The position numbers and the translations under genes were made by a program. A model generated the notes under the pieces. It was not told the DNA's origin. It saw only the letters and a program-made list of their open reading frames with translations, and did no database searches. Shown piece by piece: positions 20,231 through 28,619 of a stretch of 64,000 bases of DNA. Position 1 is the first letter of the stretch, and each line of letters opens with the position of its first letter. The stretch comes from an uncultured Acidobacteriota bacterium (GTDB lineage Bacteria; Acidobacteriota; Vicinamibacteria; Vicinamibacterales; 2-12-FULL-66-21), in assembly GCA_963750475.1 (NCBI GenBank), contig CAVVQQ010000003.1, positions 64,958 to 128,957 on the forward strand, written 5' to 3'.

Positions 20231-20803
20231 CTACTTGCTCCAGGGCGGGACGATGTCGTTGCTGCGGGCGTAGGCGATCGACTGGCCGAGATGCTCGTGC
20301 TGGTCGAACAGCACCATCAGGGCGGCGCCCTGCTTGGTGGTGTCCCGGCCGAAGATTTTGACGCTGGCCTTCAGATCGTCGTCCGACAGGCCGGAGAGCG
20401 CCTGCTTCAAGGCGTCGTACGACGTCCGCAGCGCTTCCTGCATCCGGGCTGGATCGGTCACCTGAGCGCCGCGCCCGCCCATGCCGCCACCGGCCGGAGC
20501 GGCGGCGCCGGTGAGCAGGCCGGCGAGCATCCTGTTTTCCGTGACGATCAGATTGAACACCTCGCCGGCCGAGCGCACGCCCTGACTGGGCCGCCAGTCG
20601 TACTTGCCGTCCATGACGCGCGCGAGCCCGGCGAACTTGTCGGACAGCGTGCCGGCATTGCTGGCCAGCGCGGCTTGAACGGTTACCGGCTTGGCCGCCG
20701 CGGGCGCAGGCGGGCCCTGTTGAGCAGACGACGGGGCCGAGAAGAGCGCCCCGGCAAGTGCCAATGCGCAGGTCAGGGCGCGGGTTCCAGTGTGATTCAT
20801 CAT
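20231..20803 (-). CDS. Secreted DinB-family protein (paralog 1)
   Basis: The start is ATG 20803, preceded by AAGGAG. A signal peptide is followed by ...DKFAGLARVMDGKYDWRPSQGVRSAGEVFNLI...LFDQHEHLGQSIAYARSNDIVPPWSK. The rest of the 560-aa track ORF is antisense to the sigma-factor gene. Confidence 0.75.
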   Translation of the reverse strand: MMNHTGTRALTCALALAGALFSAPSSAQQGPPAPAAAKPVTVQAALASNAGTLSDKFAGLARVMDGKYDWRPSQGVRSAGEVFNLIVTENRMLAGLLTGAAAPAGGGMGGRGAQVTDPARMQEALRTSYDALKQALSGLSDDDLKASVKIFGRDTTKQGAALMVLFDQHEHLGQSIAYARSNDIVPPWSK

Positions 20804-21022
20804 GATGCTTCTCCTTGACGCCCTGGGGGCTCGGCGTGTCCCGGCGAACAACGTTTCCGCACAGTCGATTACCGGCGCCTCGGGTAGCCGCGCCGGCATG
20901 TGCTCAGGCGCAGTCAGCAGTTTACAGGGGAAGGGCGAAGCCCGGCGAACCCAGACTGTCGCACCGCGGGGCAGCGCGGGCCGCGCGTTGCACGCCGCCG
21001 CGATGCGCGGCAAGATGCGGTG

Positions 21023-21868
21023 ATGAAGGAGCCCGCCGACGTCGCGGTTGGACGCCTGTTCGAAGAGCACGCGGCGCGGCTGTACCGGCTCGGCGTGCGT
21101 TTCTGCGGCAACAAAGACGAGGCGCAGGACCTCGTGCAGGACGTCTTCCTGCAGGCCTTCCGCAAGTGGAGCCAGTTCGACGGCCGGTCGTCGCCGTCGA
21201 CCTGGCTCTACACCATCGCGGCGCGGCGCTGCCAGCGGCGCCACCGCCGGCGCGCCGGCGAGCCCGCCGCGATCCTGTCGCTGTCGGCGCCGGGCGAGCC
21301 GGCCGCCGATGCGATCGAGCAGTCCACGCCCGGCCCGAGCCCCCTTGACGCCGCGGTTCGGGAGCAGCTGCAGGACCGGGTCGCGGCGGCGGTCACCGAG
21401 CTGCCGGCAACGATGCGCCTGCCGCTTGTATTGACGGAGATTGCCGGGATTCCGCTTGCCGACGTCGCCCGCGTGCTGGGGTTGAAGCTCGGCACCGTCA
21501 AGTCGCGAGTGCATCGCGCCAGGCTGGCGGTGCGGCAGCGCGTCGCGGATCATCTGCCGCTTCGCGCCCCCTCGGCGACGGAGCACGATCGCCGCTTCTG
21601 CCGCGACCTGCTGCAGGCGAAACAGGAGGCGCTGGATCGGAGGGTGCCGTTTCCGGTCAACGACGCCGACCTCTGCGAGCAGTGCAGGAGCCTGTTTGCC
21701 ACCCTCGACCTGACCCGCGACGTGTGCCAGCTGCTGGCGAGCGGGGAAGTGCCGCCCGAGGTCGCCGCGCTGGCGCCGTCCGGCCTGGTAAACACCCCCT
21801 CTCGCCGCACGCCCGGAAAAACCGCACCCCGTCGCCACCGCCAGCTGAACGTTCCGCCGGGGCGTTAG
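21023..21868 (+). CDS. ECF (sigma-70 family, group 4) sigma factor with a roughly 90-aa Cys/His-containing C-terminal extension
   Basis: The start is ATG 21023. Region 2 reads DEAQDLVQDVFLQAFRKW. Region 4 reads LPATMRLPLVLTEIAGIPLADVARVLGLKLGTVKSRVHRARLAV. The extension contains HDRRFCRDLL...CEQC...C. Confidence 0.8.
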   Translation: MKEPADVAVGRLFEEHAARLYRLGVRFCGNKDEAQDLVQDVFLQAFRKWSQFDGRSSPSTWLYTIAARRCQRRHRRRAGEPAAILSLSAPGEPAADAIEQSTPGPSPLDAAVREQLQDRVAAAVTELPATMRLPLVLTEIAGIPLADVARVLGLKLGTVKSRVHRARLAVRQRVADHLPLRAPSATEHDRRFCRDLLQAKQEALDRRVPFPVNDADLCEQCRSLFATLDLTRDVCQLLASGEVPPEVAALAPSGLVNTPSRRTPGKTAPRRHRQLNVPPGR

Positions 21869-21993
21869 CCACCTCATCAATTGCGGTTTCTGAGTTCGGA
21901 GGGAACCTTGCACCCCACCCGTGACTCTTACTGATTGAGGCCCGATGTGCGGCCTGGAGGATGCGACGTGCGCGACAAACGTGAGGGAAGATC

Positions 21994-22074
21994 ATGCTGA
22001 CGACCCTGGCTGTCCTGGCGGCGTGGTTTGCCGTCCAATGGTTTGTACTGCCGCGGCTGGGCGTGCCCACGTGA
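21994..22074 (+). CDS. Possible 26-aa hydrophobic small protein or leader peptide
   Basis: ATG 21994 is preceded by GAGGGAAG. The product would be [26 protein letters not shown] followed by a stop. Competing GC hairpins follow at 22062-22106. There is no homology support. Confidence 0.3.
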   Translation: MLTTLAVLAAWFAVQWFVLPRLGVPT

Positions 22075-22151
22075 GCGGTCCCGAACCCGCGCGGCGCGCG
22101 GGCACGTGAACCGGAAACTGATCAGTCGGCAGAACCTGAGCGGAAGCGTCA

Positions 22152-22715
22152 ATGATGAACCTGTTGCAAGCGCCGTGGCCGTGGTACGTCGCCGGACCTC
22201 TGATTGGATTGATGGTGCCGGCGCTGCTGCTGATTGGCGGCAAGTCGTTCGGCATCTCGTCAAATCTCAGGCACGCCTGCGCGGCGATGTTCCCGAGCGG
22301 GATTCGGCTGTTCGACTACGACTGGCGTCGTGAGGGAGGCTGGAACCTGCTCTTCGCCCTGGGGATCATGATTGGGGGGCTGCTCGCCTCGACACTGCTG
22401 CTGCCCGAGGGCTACACGGTCGCGATCTCAGACGCGACCCAGCGGGACCTGCACGCGCTCGGTATTCACGACCTGTCCGGACTGATTCCGCAGGAGCTCA
22501 TGGGGTGGAGCGCGCTCACCTCGGCCCGCGGCTGGCTGACGCTTGGCCTGGGCGGCTTGCTCGTCGGCTTCGGCTCCCGGTGGGCAGGGGGCTGCACCTC
22601 GGGCCATGCCATCTCCGGCCTGGCGACGTTCCAGCTTCCTTCACTGATTGCCGTCATCGGCTTTTTCGCCGGCGGCCTGCTGGTCACACACCTGATCCTG
22701 CCGTTCCTGTTCTGA
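22152..22715 (+). CDS. YeeE/YedE-family sulfur-compound transporter component
   Basis: This is a 187-aa intact ORF. It has hydrophobic helices, the conserved Cys motif [12 protein letters not shown], and the N-terminal [11 protein letters not shown]. Confidence 0.85.
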   Translation: MMNLLQAPWPWYVAGPLIGLMVPALLLIGGKSFGISSNLRHACAAMFPSGIRLFDYDWRREGGWNLLFALGIMIGGLLASTLLLPEGYTVAISDATQRDLHALGIHDLSGLIPQELMGWSALTSARGWLTLGLGGLLVGFGSRWAGGCTSGHAISGLATFQLPSLIAVIGFFAGGLLVTHLILPFLF

Positions 22716-22720
22716 CGATC

Positions 22721-23209
22721 ATGAATACCCAGTCCACACTCGCCCCGAACCTGATGCCGGTCGCGCGCGACTCCGCCGGCAGCACGGTGCGCACACAGCT
22801 CCTCTACGTCGCCGCCGGTGCTCTCCTCGGCATCGTCTTCGTGAAATCCGAGGTGCTGACGTGGTACCGGATCCAGGAGATGTTCCGCTTCCAGTCCGCC
22901 CACATGTATCTCGTCATCGCCAGCGCGATCGCGGTTGCGTCCACCGGCGTGCAGCTGATCAAGCGCGTCGGATGGCGGGACCTCGATGGCGAGCCGATCA
23001 CGACGAGCCCGAAACAGATGACGCCGCGGGGGGCGCGGTACTGGATGGGCGGCACGGTCTTCGGCCTCGGGTGGGGCCTGCTCGGCGCGTGCCCGGGGCC
23101 GATCTTCGCGCTGATCGGCGCCGGCGCGACGTCGCTGATCGTGGCGCTGGCGAGCGCGATGGCGGGCACCTGGCTCTACGGCGCGTTGGAGTCCCGTCTG
23201 CCGCAGTAA
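22721..23209 (+). CDS. YeeE/YedE-family second half-transporter (DUF6691-like)
   Basis: The start is ATG 22721, 5 nt after the upstream stop. Diagnostic segments are GALLGIVFVKSEV, FGLGWGLLGACPGP and ALIGAG. Confidence 0.8.
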   Translation: MNTQSTLAPNLMPVARDSAGSTVRTQLLYVAAGALLGIVFVKSEVLTWYRIQEMFRFQSAHMYLVIASAIAVASTGVQLIKRVGWRDLDGEPITTSPKQMTPRGARYWMGGTVFGLGWGLLGACPGPIFALIGAGATSLIVALASAMAGTWLYGALESRLPQ

Positions 23210-23281
23210 CGGCGGCTCCCCGCAGGCGCAAACAGAACCTCCGCGCGAGCGCGCGGCGAACCGACACGGAGAAGAGAAATC

Positions 23282-23695
23282 ATGGCTGACACGCATTCGG
23301 ATCCGGCATACGGCTACACCGCCCACCTGCCCAACGTGGCCTTCGAAGACGCGCGGCAGCGGGTCACGGACGCGCTGAAGCAGGAAGGGTTCGGCGTCCT
23401 CACCGAAATCGACGTGCAGGCGACACTGAAGGCCAAGCTCAATCAGGAGTTCCGCAAGTACGTCATCCTCGGCGCCTGCAACCCGCAGCTGGCCCACCGC
23501 GCGCTGGAAACGGAGCTTGGCATCGGCCTCATGCTCCCGTGCAACGTGTGCGTCTGGGAAGAGGACGGCGGCAGCGCCGTCTCGATGGTTCGCCCCCAGG
23601 TGATGTTCGACGTCGTCCAGAACGCGTCGCTGCAGGCCGTTGCCGCCGACGCCGATCAGCGCCTGCGCCGGGCGCTCGAATCCGCCGTGCGGTGA
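23282..23695 (+). CDS. DUF302 domain protein
   Basis: This is a 137-aa intact ORF reading FEDARQRVTDALKQEGFGVLTEIDVQATLKAKL...YVILGACNP...LPCNVCVWEE, a typical DUF302 sequence. Confidence 0.8.
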   Translation: MADTHSDPAYGYTAHLPNVAFEDARQRVTDALKQEGFGVLTEIDVQATLKAKLNQEFRKYVILGACNPQLAHRALETELGIGLMLPCNVCVWEEDGGSAVSMVRPQVMFDVVQNASLQAVAADADQRLRRALESAVR

Positions 23696-23701
23696 CGCGT
23701 C

Positions 23702-24209
23702 GTGAGGGACGTGACAACGCTCGACCGCTTCCGGCACGGACTTGCACGGCTGCGCACCTGGACCGCCGGGCACGAGCGACTGTGGTGGATCGCCCTGCTC
23801 CTCCTCGTCCTGTTCGTCCAGTGGCCGATGGCGAAGGGCCTGTACCTACCGGGCCGCCGACGTCGCGCCTCCGCCAAGCTCGATTGCGTGGCGCACCGAT
23901 CTGCCCGCGGCGCTTGCCGAGGCACGCCGCACCAACAAGGCGGTGCTGGTCGATTTCAGCGCAGCCTGGTGCCCCCCTTGCATCGTCATGCAGCACGACG
24001 TCTGGCCAGATGCGGCTGTCGAGCGTGAGGTGGCGAGGGTGTACGTCCCGGTGCTGATCGATGTCGACAGCGATACCGTGGTGTCCGAGCGCTACGGCGT
24101 GCGCAGCATCCCGACGATTCTGGTGCTCGACAGCGGCGGGCAGATGGTCCGCGAGGGCACCTTCCTCTCTGCGTCCGGTATGGCGAAATTTCTGAGCCAG
24201 GCCGAGTGA
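23702..24209 (+). pseudogene. Membrane-anchored thioredoxin-fold protein, with one frame change as sequenced
   Basis: The N-terminal anchor (WWIALLLLVLFVQWPMAKGLY) is in the frame of ORF 23702..24028. The thioredoxin domain (KAVLVDFSAAWCPPCIVM...YGVRSIPTILVLD) is in the frame of ORF 23742..24209. They join near 23848. Confidence 0.75.
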
Positions 24210-24258
24210 CACGCGGCCGCGCCGCGACGAGGCGAATCTCCATGCCTACCGGAGGACT

Positions 24259-25692
24259 GTGAAGAATCTCACGCTGCTGCAGGTCAACGATCTTCACGGC
24301 TATCTCGCGCCGCACGCCGAGATATTCGATTTGAACCGCGTCGAGGAGGTGCGTTCCGGCGGCGGCATCGAGCGGATCGCCGCGTTGTTCGGCGCCGTCC
24401 GGCGCGAGGCCGACGTGATCGCGCTCGACAACGGCGATACGTTCCACGGCACGATGGCGGCTGTCCAGACCCGCGGCAGCGCCCTGATGGCCCCGCTCGG
24501 CTGTCTGGGTCTCGACGCCATGACCGCCCACTGGGAGTTCGCCTACGGCCTGGACCGTCTCCGCGACATCTCGGCCGAACTGGCCTATCCGCTCCTGGCC
24601 GCCAACTGCCACGTTCAGGCCCCCGATTCGGGCGGGTTTCGTCCATTCACGCTGATCGAGCGCGGCGGGGTGAAAGTCGGCGTGGTCGGCCTGGCCGCTG
24701 TCGTGGCCGGGCATCTCCTGCCTCCCGACGCGCGCCAGGCGGTAGAGCTCACGGTTGGCGACGTCGAGCTGCGCAGGTTGATCCCGCTGCTCCGGCGCGA
24801 CCACGCGGCGGAACTCGTCGTGGTGTTGTCCCACCTCGGGTTCCCCCAGGACTGCAAGCTCGCGGCAGCCGTTCCCGGCATCGACGTCATCCTGAGCGGC
24901 CATACCCACAACCGGCTGGTTCGTCCCGCGGTCGTCGGCGATACGCTGATCATGCAGTCGGGCGCCCACGGCTCGTTCGTCGGACGGCTCGATCTGCGCG
25001 TCGCGCCTGACGGCATCGCCGACTGGAGCCACGCGCTGTTGCCGGTGGACGACGCCGTCGAACCGGATGGTGAGGCGAAGATGCTGGTTGACGAGGCGCT
25101 CCAGTCTTTCGCCGCCGCGCGCGCGAACGTGATCGGGGAGACCACCTGCACGCTTCACCGCTACTCGATGTTCGAGTCGACGATGGACAACCTGCTGCTG
25201 GATGCCACGGCGGCGGCCGCCGGAACGACCGTGGCGCTGTCGAACGGCTGGCGCTACGGCGCGCCGATTCCGCAGGGGCCGCTGACCGAATGGGATCTCT
25301 GGAACATCGTCCCGGCAAATCCCGCGGTCTCGGTGGTGACGCTGACGGGCCGCCAGCTTCGGGAGTTGTTCGAGAAGAACGTCGAGGCGACGTTCGCGTG
25401 CGATCCCTGGCAGCAGCGCGGCGGCTACCTGAAGCGCTGCCGGGGAATCGAGATGCTCCTCAAGCTCGAGAACGCCGCCGGGTACCGCGTGCAGGAGCTG
25501 ACCATAGGAGGGGAGCGTCTCGGCGACGACGATACGGTCGAAGCCGCCTTTCTTGGCGAGCAGGCGGTTCCGGCCAACGCCGGCAGCAGGCGTCGGACGC
25601 TGGGAATCGCCGCCGTCGCCGCGCTCGAGCAGTACGTTCGACAGCAGAAGACCGTCACCCCGGCCCTGCGCGGCGACATCAAGGTGGTGTGA
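24259..25692 (+). CDS. Calcineurin-like metallophosphatase / 5'-nucleotidase-family protein (no signal peptide seen)
   Basis: The start is GTG 24259. Motifs are LLQVNDLHGY, LDNGDTFHG and LSGHTHN, plus a C-terminal 5'-nucleotidase-like substrate domain. Confidence 0.8.
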   Translation: MKNLTLLQVNDLHGYLAPHAEIFDLNRVEEVRSGGGIERIAALFGAVRREADVIALDNGDTFHGTMAAVQTRGSALMAPLGCLGLDAMTAHWEFAYGLDRLRDISAELAYPLLAANCHVQAPDSGGFRPFTLIERGGVKVGVVGLAAVVAGHLLPPDARQAVELTVGDVELRRLIPLLRRDHAAELVVVLSHLGFPQDCKLAAAVPGIDVILSGHTHNRLVRPAVVGDTLIMQSGAHGSFVGRLDLRVAPDGIADWSHALLPVDDAVEPDGEAKMLVDEALQSFAAARANVIGETTCTLHRYSMFESTMDNLLLDATAAAAGTTVALSNGWRYGAPIPQGPLTEWDLWNIVPANPAVSVVTLTGRQLRELFEKNVEATFACDPWQQRGGYLKRCRGIEMLLKLENAAGYRVQELTIGGERLGDDDTVEAAFLGEQAVPANAGSRRRTLGIAAVAALEQYVRQQKTVTPALRGDIKVV

Positions 25693-25707
25693 CGGGCTGA
25701 CTCGGGC

Positions 25708-26637
25708 TCAGATCGGTCCGCGATCCCGCCGCAGCCGCACTGCCGCGAACAGGAATGCGGCGGCGACGGCCAGGCCAACCCACAGGCCCGGACCGGTGAG
25801 GTAGTCTCCGACGGAATGCGGTCCGATCATGTCCATCGTCATCCCGCCGGCGGATGCTGCGGCGCCCGGGTCCCCCATGAAGCGGTACCGCACCATCGTC
25901 GCGAAATGCGAAGTGTTGAAAGCTACTTTCTCGGCGATGCCGATCGCGAGAGGCGGGAGCGTGGCCCAGAGAAAGGGGGCGCGTTTCGCCCAGGCCGAGA
26001 CCATCAGCAGCCAGCCATAGAACGGCGCGTACCAGAGGCCGTGGTAAACGACGAGGTGGCCGAAATTGAGGAGGGACGTCGTGAAGAACGGCACGTGGGC
26101 CGACAGCAGCCCGGGGCTGATGCCGCTCCCTGCGAGCACGGCGCTGCTCGCCAGCAGCATGATCGACTGGACGGCGACGGTGACGGCGAACGCCACCAGC
26201 GGAATCACCAGGACCGGAATGCTCGCCTTGGCGAGGACGGTCGTGAGGTCGGAGACCGGCAGCGACTTCCAGAAGAGAATGCTGCGGTCGCGGCGCTCCC
26301 CGTAGAACGCGTCGAGACAGTAGACCGCCGCGACGATCAGCTCGATCGCCATGAGCATGAGGGCCGCGACCACATACGGCTGCTCGATCGCCTGGCGCGC
26401 AGCGATCGGACCGAGCGCCAGGCCGGCCCGCGTTCGGCCCGGCAGACCGATCAGCCCGACGAAAAAGCCGGCCAGGAAGAGCGCCGCGACCGCCAGCGGC
26501 GCGAGATAAATGGAACGGTTCTCCCAGAGCTCGCGCCGGATCGACCAGAGCAGGCGCCGCACAGCCGGGATCTCGACCGCCGCCGCCGCGCCTGACTGCA
26601 ACGGCGAATCCGCCATCACGTGGGCAGGAGTGTTCAT
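25708..26637 (-). CDS. ABC-2-type transporter permease-like membrane protein
   Basis: This is a 309-aa intact ORF with six or more hydrophobic segments. Its start overlaps the upstream ATPase stop (ATGA at 26634-26637). Confidence 0.6.
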   Translation of the reverse strand: MNTPAHVMADSPLQSGAAAAVEIPAVRRLLWSIRRELWENRSIYLAPLAVAALFLAGFFVGLIGLPGRTRAGLALGPIAARQAIEQPYVVAALMLMAIELIVAAVYCLDAFYGERRDRSILFWKSLPVSDLTTVLAKASIPVLVIPLVAFAVTVAVQSIMLLASSAVLAGSGISPGLLSAHVPFFTTSLLNFGHLVVYHGLWYAPFYGWLLMVSAWAKRAPFLWATLPPLAIGIAEKVAFNTSHFATMVRYRFMGDPGAAASAGGMTMDMIGPHSVGDYLTGPGLWVGLAVAAAFLFAAVRLRRDRGPI

Positions 26638-27509
26638 CGGGTCGCTCCTTGTGACCGTCCGCTGCCAGTGCTCATGACGGCGACGAACAGATCGGACAGG
26701 CTCGGCGTGCGCACATCGCCGAGCGCCGCCAGTTGCTCCGGCTCCAGCCCCTCGAACAGCAGGACGCTGCGGGCGATGCCCTGCCGCTCGTGAATCGGGT
26801 TGAGGGCCCGCGCGGCGGCGAGCCTGTCGGGGTGCACCTGCACCTCCCGATACCGCGCCTCGACGTCGGCCATGCTCCGGCTGAACACGACCCGGCCGCG
26901 GTCCATGAACATGACGTCGGTGAGAATGTGCTCGACTTCATCGACCTGGTGCGTGGCGACGACGACGGTGCGGCTTTTCTCGAAGTAGTCGGTGAGCAGC
27001 GAGTCGTAGAACTGCTTCCGATACAGGATGTCGAGCCCGAGCGTCGGCTCGTCGAGCACCAGCAGCCGCGCGTCGATCGCCATGACCAGCGCGAGGTGAA
27101 GCTGGGTCACCATTCCCTTCGACAGCTCGCTGACCTTGCGCGCCGGCTGGATGGTCGTTGTCGCCAGGAACGCGTCCGCCTTGGCACGATCGAACCGGGG
27201 GTGGACGCCGCCGAGGTAGTCGAGCGCCTGCGCCACCCGCAGCCAGCGCGGCAGCACGGCGACGTCGGCGATGAAGCACACGTCACGCATGAGGCGATCG
27301 CGCTCGGTCCAGGGGTTGCGCCCGACGACCGACAGGCGGCCCTCGTAGGGTGAGAGCCCGACGATGGCGTTCAGCGCGGTGGTCTTGCCGGCGCCGTTGG
27401 GTCCGATGAGACCGACGATGCGGCCCTCCTCGATCTGGAGGTCGATGCCGTCGAGGGCGACGGTCGAGCCGTACGCCTTGCGGAGGCCGCGGGCTTCAAT
27501 GCAGGCCAT
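26634..27509 (-). CDS. ABC transporter ATP-binding protein
   Basis: Walker A is GPNGAGKTT, the signature is LSKGM, and Walker B is LLVLDEPTLGLD. Confidence 0.9.
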   Translation of the reverse strand: MACIEARGLRKAYGSTVALDGIDLQIEEGRIVGLIGPNGAGKTTALNAIVGLSPYEGRLSVVGRNPWTERDRLMRDVCFIADVAVLPRWLRVAQALDYLGGVHPRFDRAKADAFLATTTIQPARKVSELSKGMVTQLHLALVMAIDARLLVLDEPTLGLDILYRKQFYDSLLTDYFEKSRTVVVATHQVDEVEHILTDVMFMDRGRVVFSRSMADVEARYREVQVHPDRLAAARALNPIHERQGIARSVLLFEGLEPEQLAALGDVRTPSLSDLFVAVMSTGSGRSQGATR

Positions 27510-27512
27510 GGT

Positions 27513-27965
27513 TCAACGATCCTTCCGGGAACGGGGCTCGTCGGATGCTGTCGCGTCGCCGTCCGGAACGGCCTCGGCCGGTGCAGCCGGCGCGCCGGGT
27601 GCAGGCGGCGTGCCGGGCGCGGCGCGCAGCAGGTCTTCCGCAGTCAGCCCGAGCCGTCTGATGGTCTCCGAGATCCTCGGCCACTCGTCGCCCAGAAACC
27701 GCTCCCGCTCGGTCTGCAGCAACAGCTTGCGGGCGCCGGCATTGATGAACATGCCGCGGCCGCGCCGCGTCTCGACCAGCCCATCGTCCGCCAGCTGCTG
27801 GTAGCTCTTGAGAACCGTGAGCGGATTGACCCGATATTCGGCCGCCACCGTCCGCACCGAGGGCAGCGGGTCCCCTTCCTTGAGACCGCCGTCGAGAATC
27901 ATCGCGATGACGAGATCCCGAAGCTGCCGGTAGATCGGCTGGCTGTCGTTCCACTCACGGCCCAT
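27513..27965 (-). CDS. GntR-family (YtrA-like) transcriptional regulator
   Basis: The HTH reads PIYRQLRDLVIAMILDGGLKEGDPLPSVRTVAAEYRVNPLTVLKSYQQLADDGLVETRRGRGMF. The short effector domain and position directly upstream of an ABC ATPase/permease pair give a YtrA-type arrangement. Confidence 0.85.
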   Translation of the reverse strand: MGREWNDSQPIYRQLRDLVIAMILDGGLKEGDPLPSVRTVAAEYRVNPLTVLKSYQQLADDGLVETRRGRGMFINAGARKLLLQTERERFLGDEWPRISETIRRLGLTAEDLLRAAPGTPPAPGAPAAPAEAVPDGDATASDEPRSRKDR

Positions 27966-27984
27966 CAGCGGTTCCAGACCATCG

Positions 27985-28566
27985 TCAGTTGGCCGGCGTG
28001 GCGCCGGCGTTGGTGCGCTGCAGCTCGAAGTGCGCGCGGACCGGTTTATCGCCGGGGACCATGTAGGTCCAGTCCTCGGTGTGGTGGTTCTCGTCGATGA
28101 AGGTGAAAGTGGCGTGATGCATGTGCCCGTGCGTGTTGCCGCCGGCGAGATCGAGAAACTCGAAGTCCAGGACCGTGCCGTCCGGCGACAGCGTGGCGAC
28201 CATGCGCGGCCGGTTGCCGGCGTCGCAATAATGGGTCAGGAGCAGGCGGTCCTCGTCGCGATAGAACATCGTGACCGGATGGTCGGCGCGTCCCGAGATC
28301 GACATCTCGTGAACGAACGCATTGCCGAGCGAGGTCACGCGCAGTGAGAACTGAGCGAAGTTGCCGCTGACGTTCGGGTCCACCGGGACCGTTGTCAGGC
28401 GGCCGACCCACGAACCGGCCAGCGTTTTCAACTTGTCGAAAGCCCTCTGCGCATCCGAAGGGAGGACGGCCGTGCCGGCGGCGGCCGCGTGCGTATGCGA
28501 TTGCGCATCCGCCATCGTCGAGAGCGACATCAAGAGAACGAACAGCACCGGGTGAAAGGGTTTCAT
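27985..28566 (-). CDS. Secreted conserved hypothetical protein (DUF1579-like by resemblance)
   Basis: This is a 193-aa intact ORF with signal peptide MKPFHPVLFVLLMSLSTMADA. It contains LAGSWVGR... and HYCDAGNRPRM. It is the first gene of the ytrA-like operon. Confidence 0.5.
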   Translation of the reverse strand: MKPFHPVLFVLLMSLSTMADAQSHTHAAAAGTAVLPSDAQRAFDKLKTLAGSWVGRLTTVPVDPNVSGNFAQFSLRVTSLGNAFVHEMSISGRADHPVTMFYRDEDRLLLTHYCDAGNRPRMVATLSPDGTVLDFEFLDLAGGNTHGHMHHATFTFIDENHHTEDWTYMVPGDKPVRAHFELQRTNAGATPAN

Positions 28567-28599
28567 GGTCCGCTCCTTACTCGATCGCGAAATGCGATG

Positions 28600-28619
28600 T
28601 GTTGTAGTTAACTATAACA
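28600..28619. promoter_or_regulatory. 20-bp near-perfect palindrome, a candidate operator for the adjacent YtrA-like GntR regulator
   Basis: The sequence is TGTTGTAGTTAACTATAACA. Its reverse complement, TGTTATAGTTAACTACAACA, differs at one symmetric position pair. It lies 34 nt upstream of the operon's first start codon (28566) in a conspicuously AT-rich patch. Confidence 0.45.

Noticed and set aside
20804-21913. Upstream two-thirds of the 560-aa minus-strand ORF 20231..21913
   Set aside because: Only the last 190 codons (from ATG 20803, with AAGGAG upstream) look like a DinB protein. The remainder is antisense to the ECF sigma factor gene.
24259-25692. Calling the metallophosphatase SoxB (thiosulfohydrolase)
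   Set aside because: There is no signal or Tat peptide and no soxAXYZ neighbours. At 477 aa it is shorter than typical SoxB. Only superfamily-level motifs are visible.
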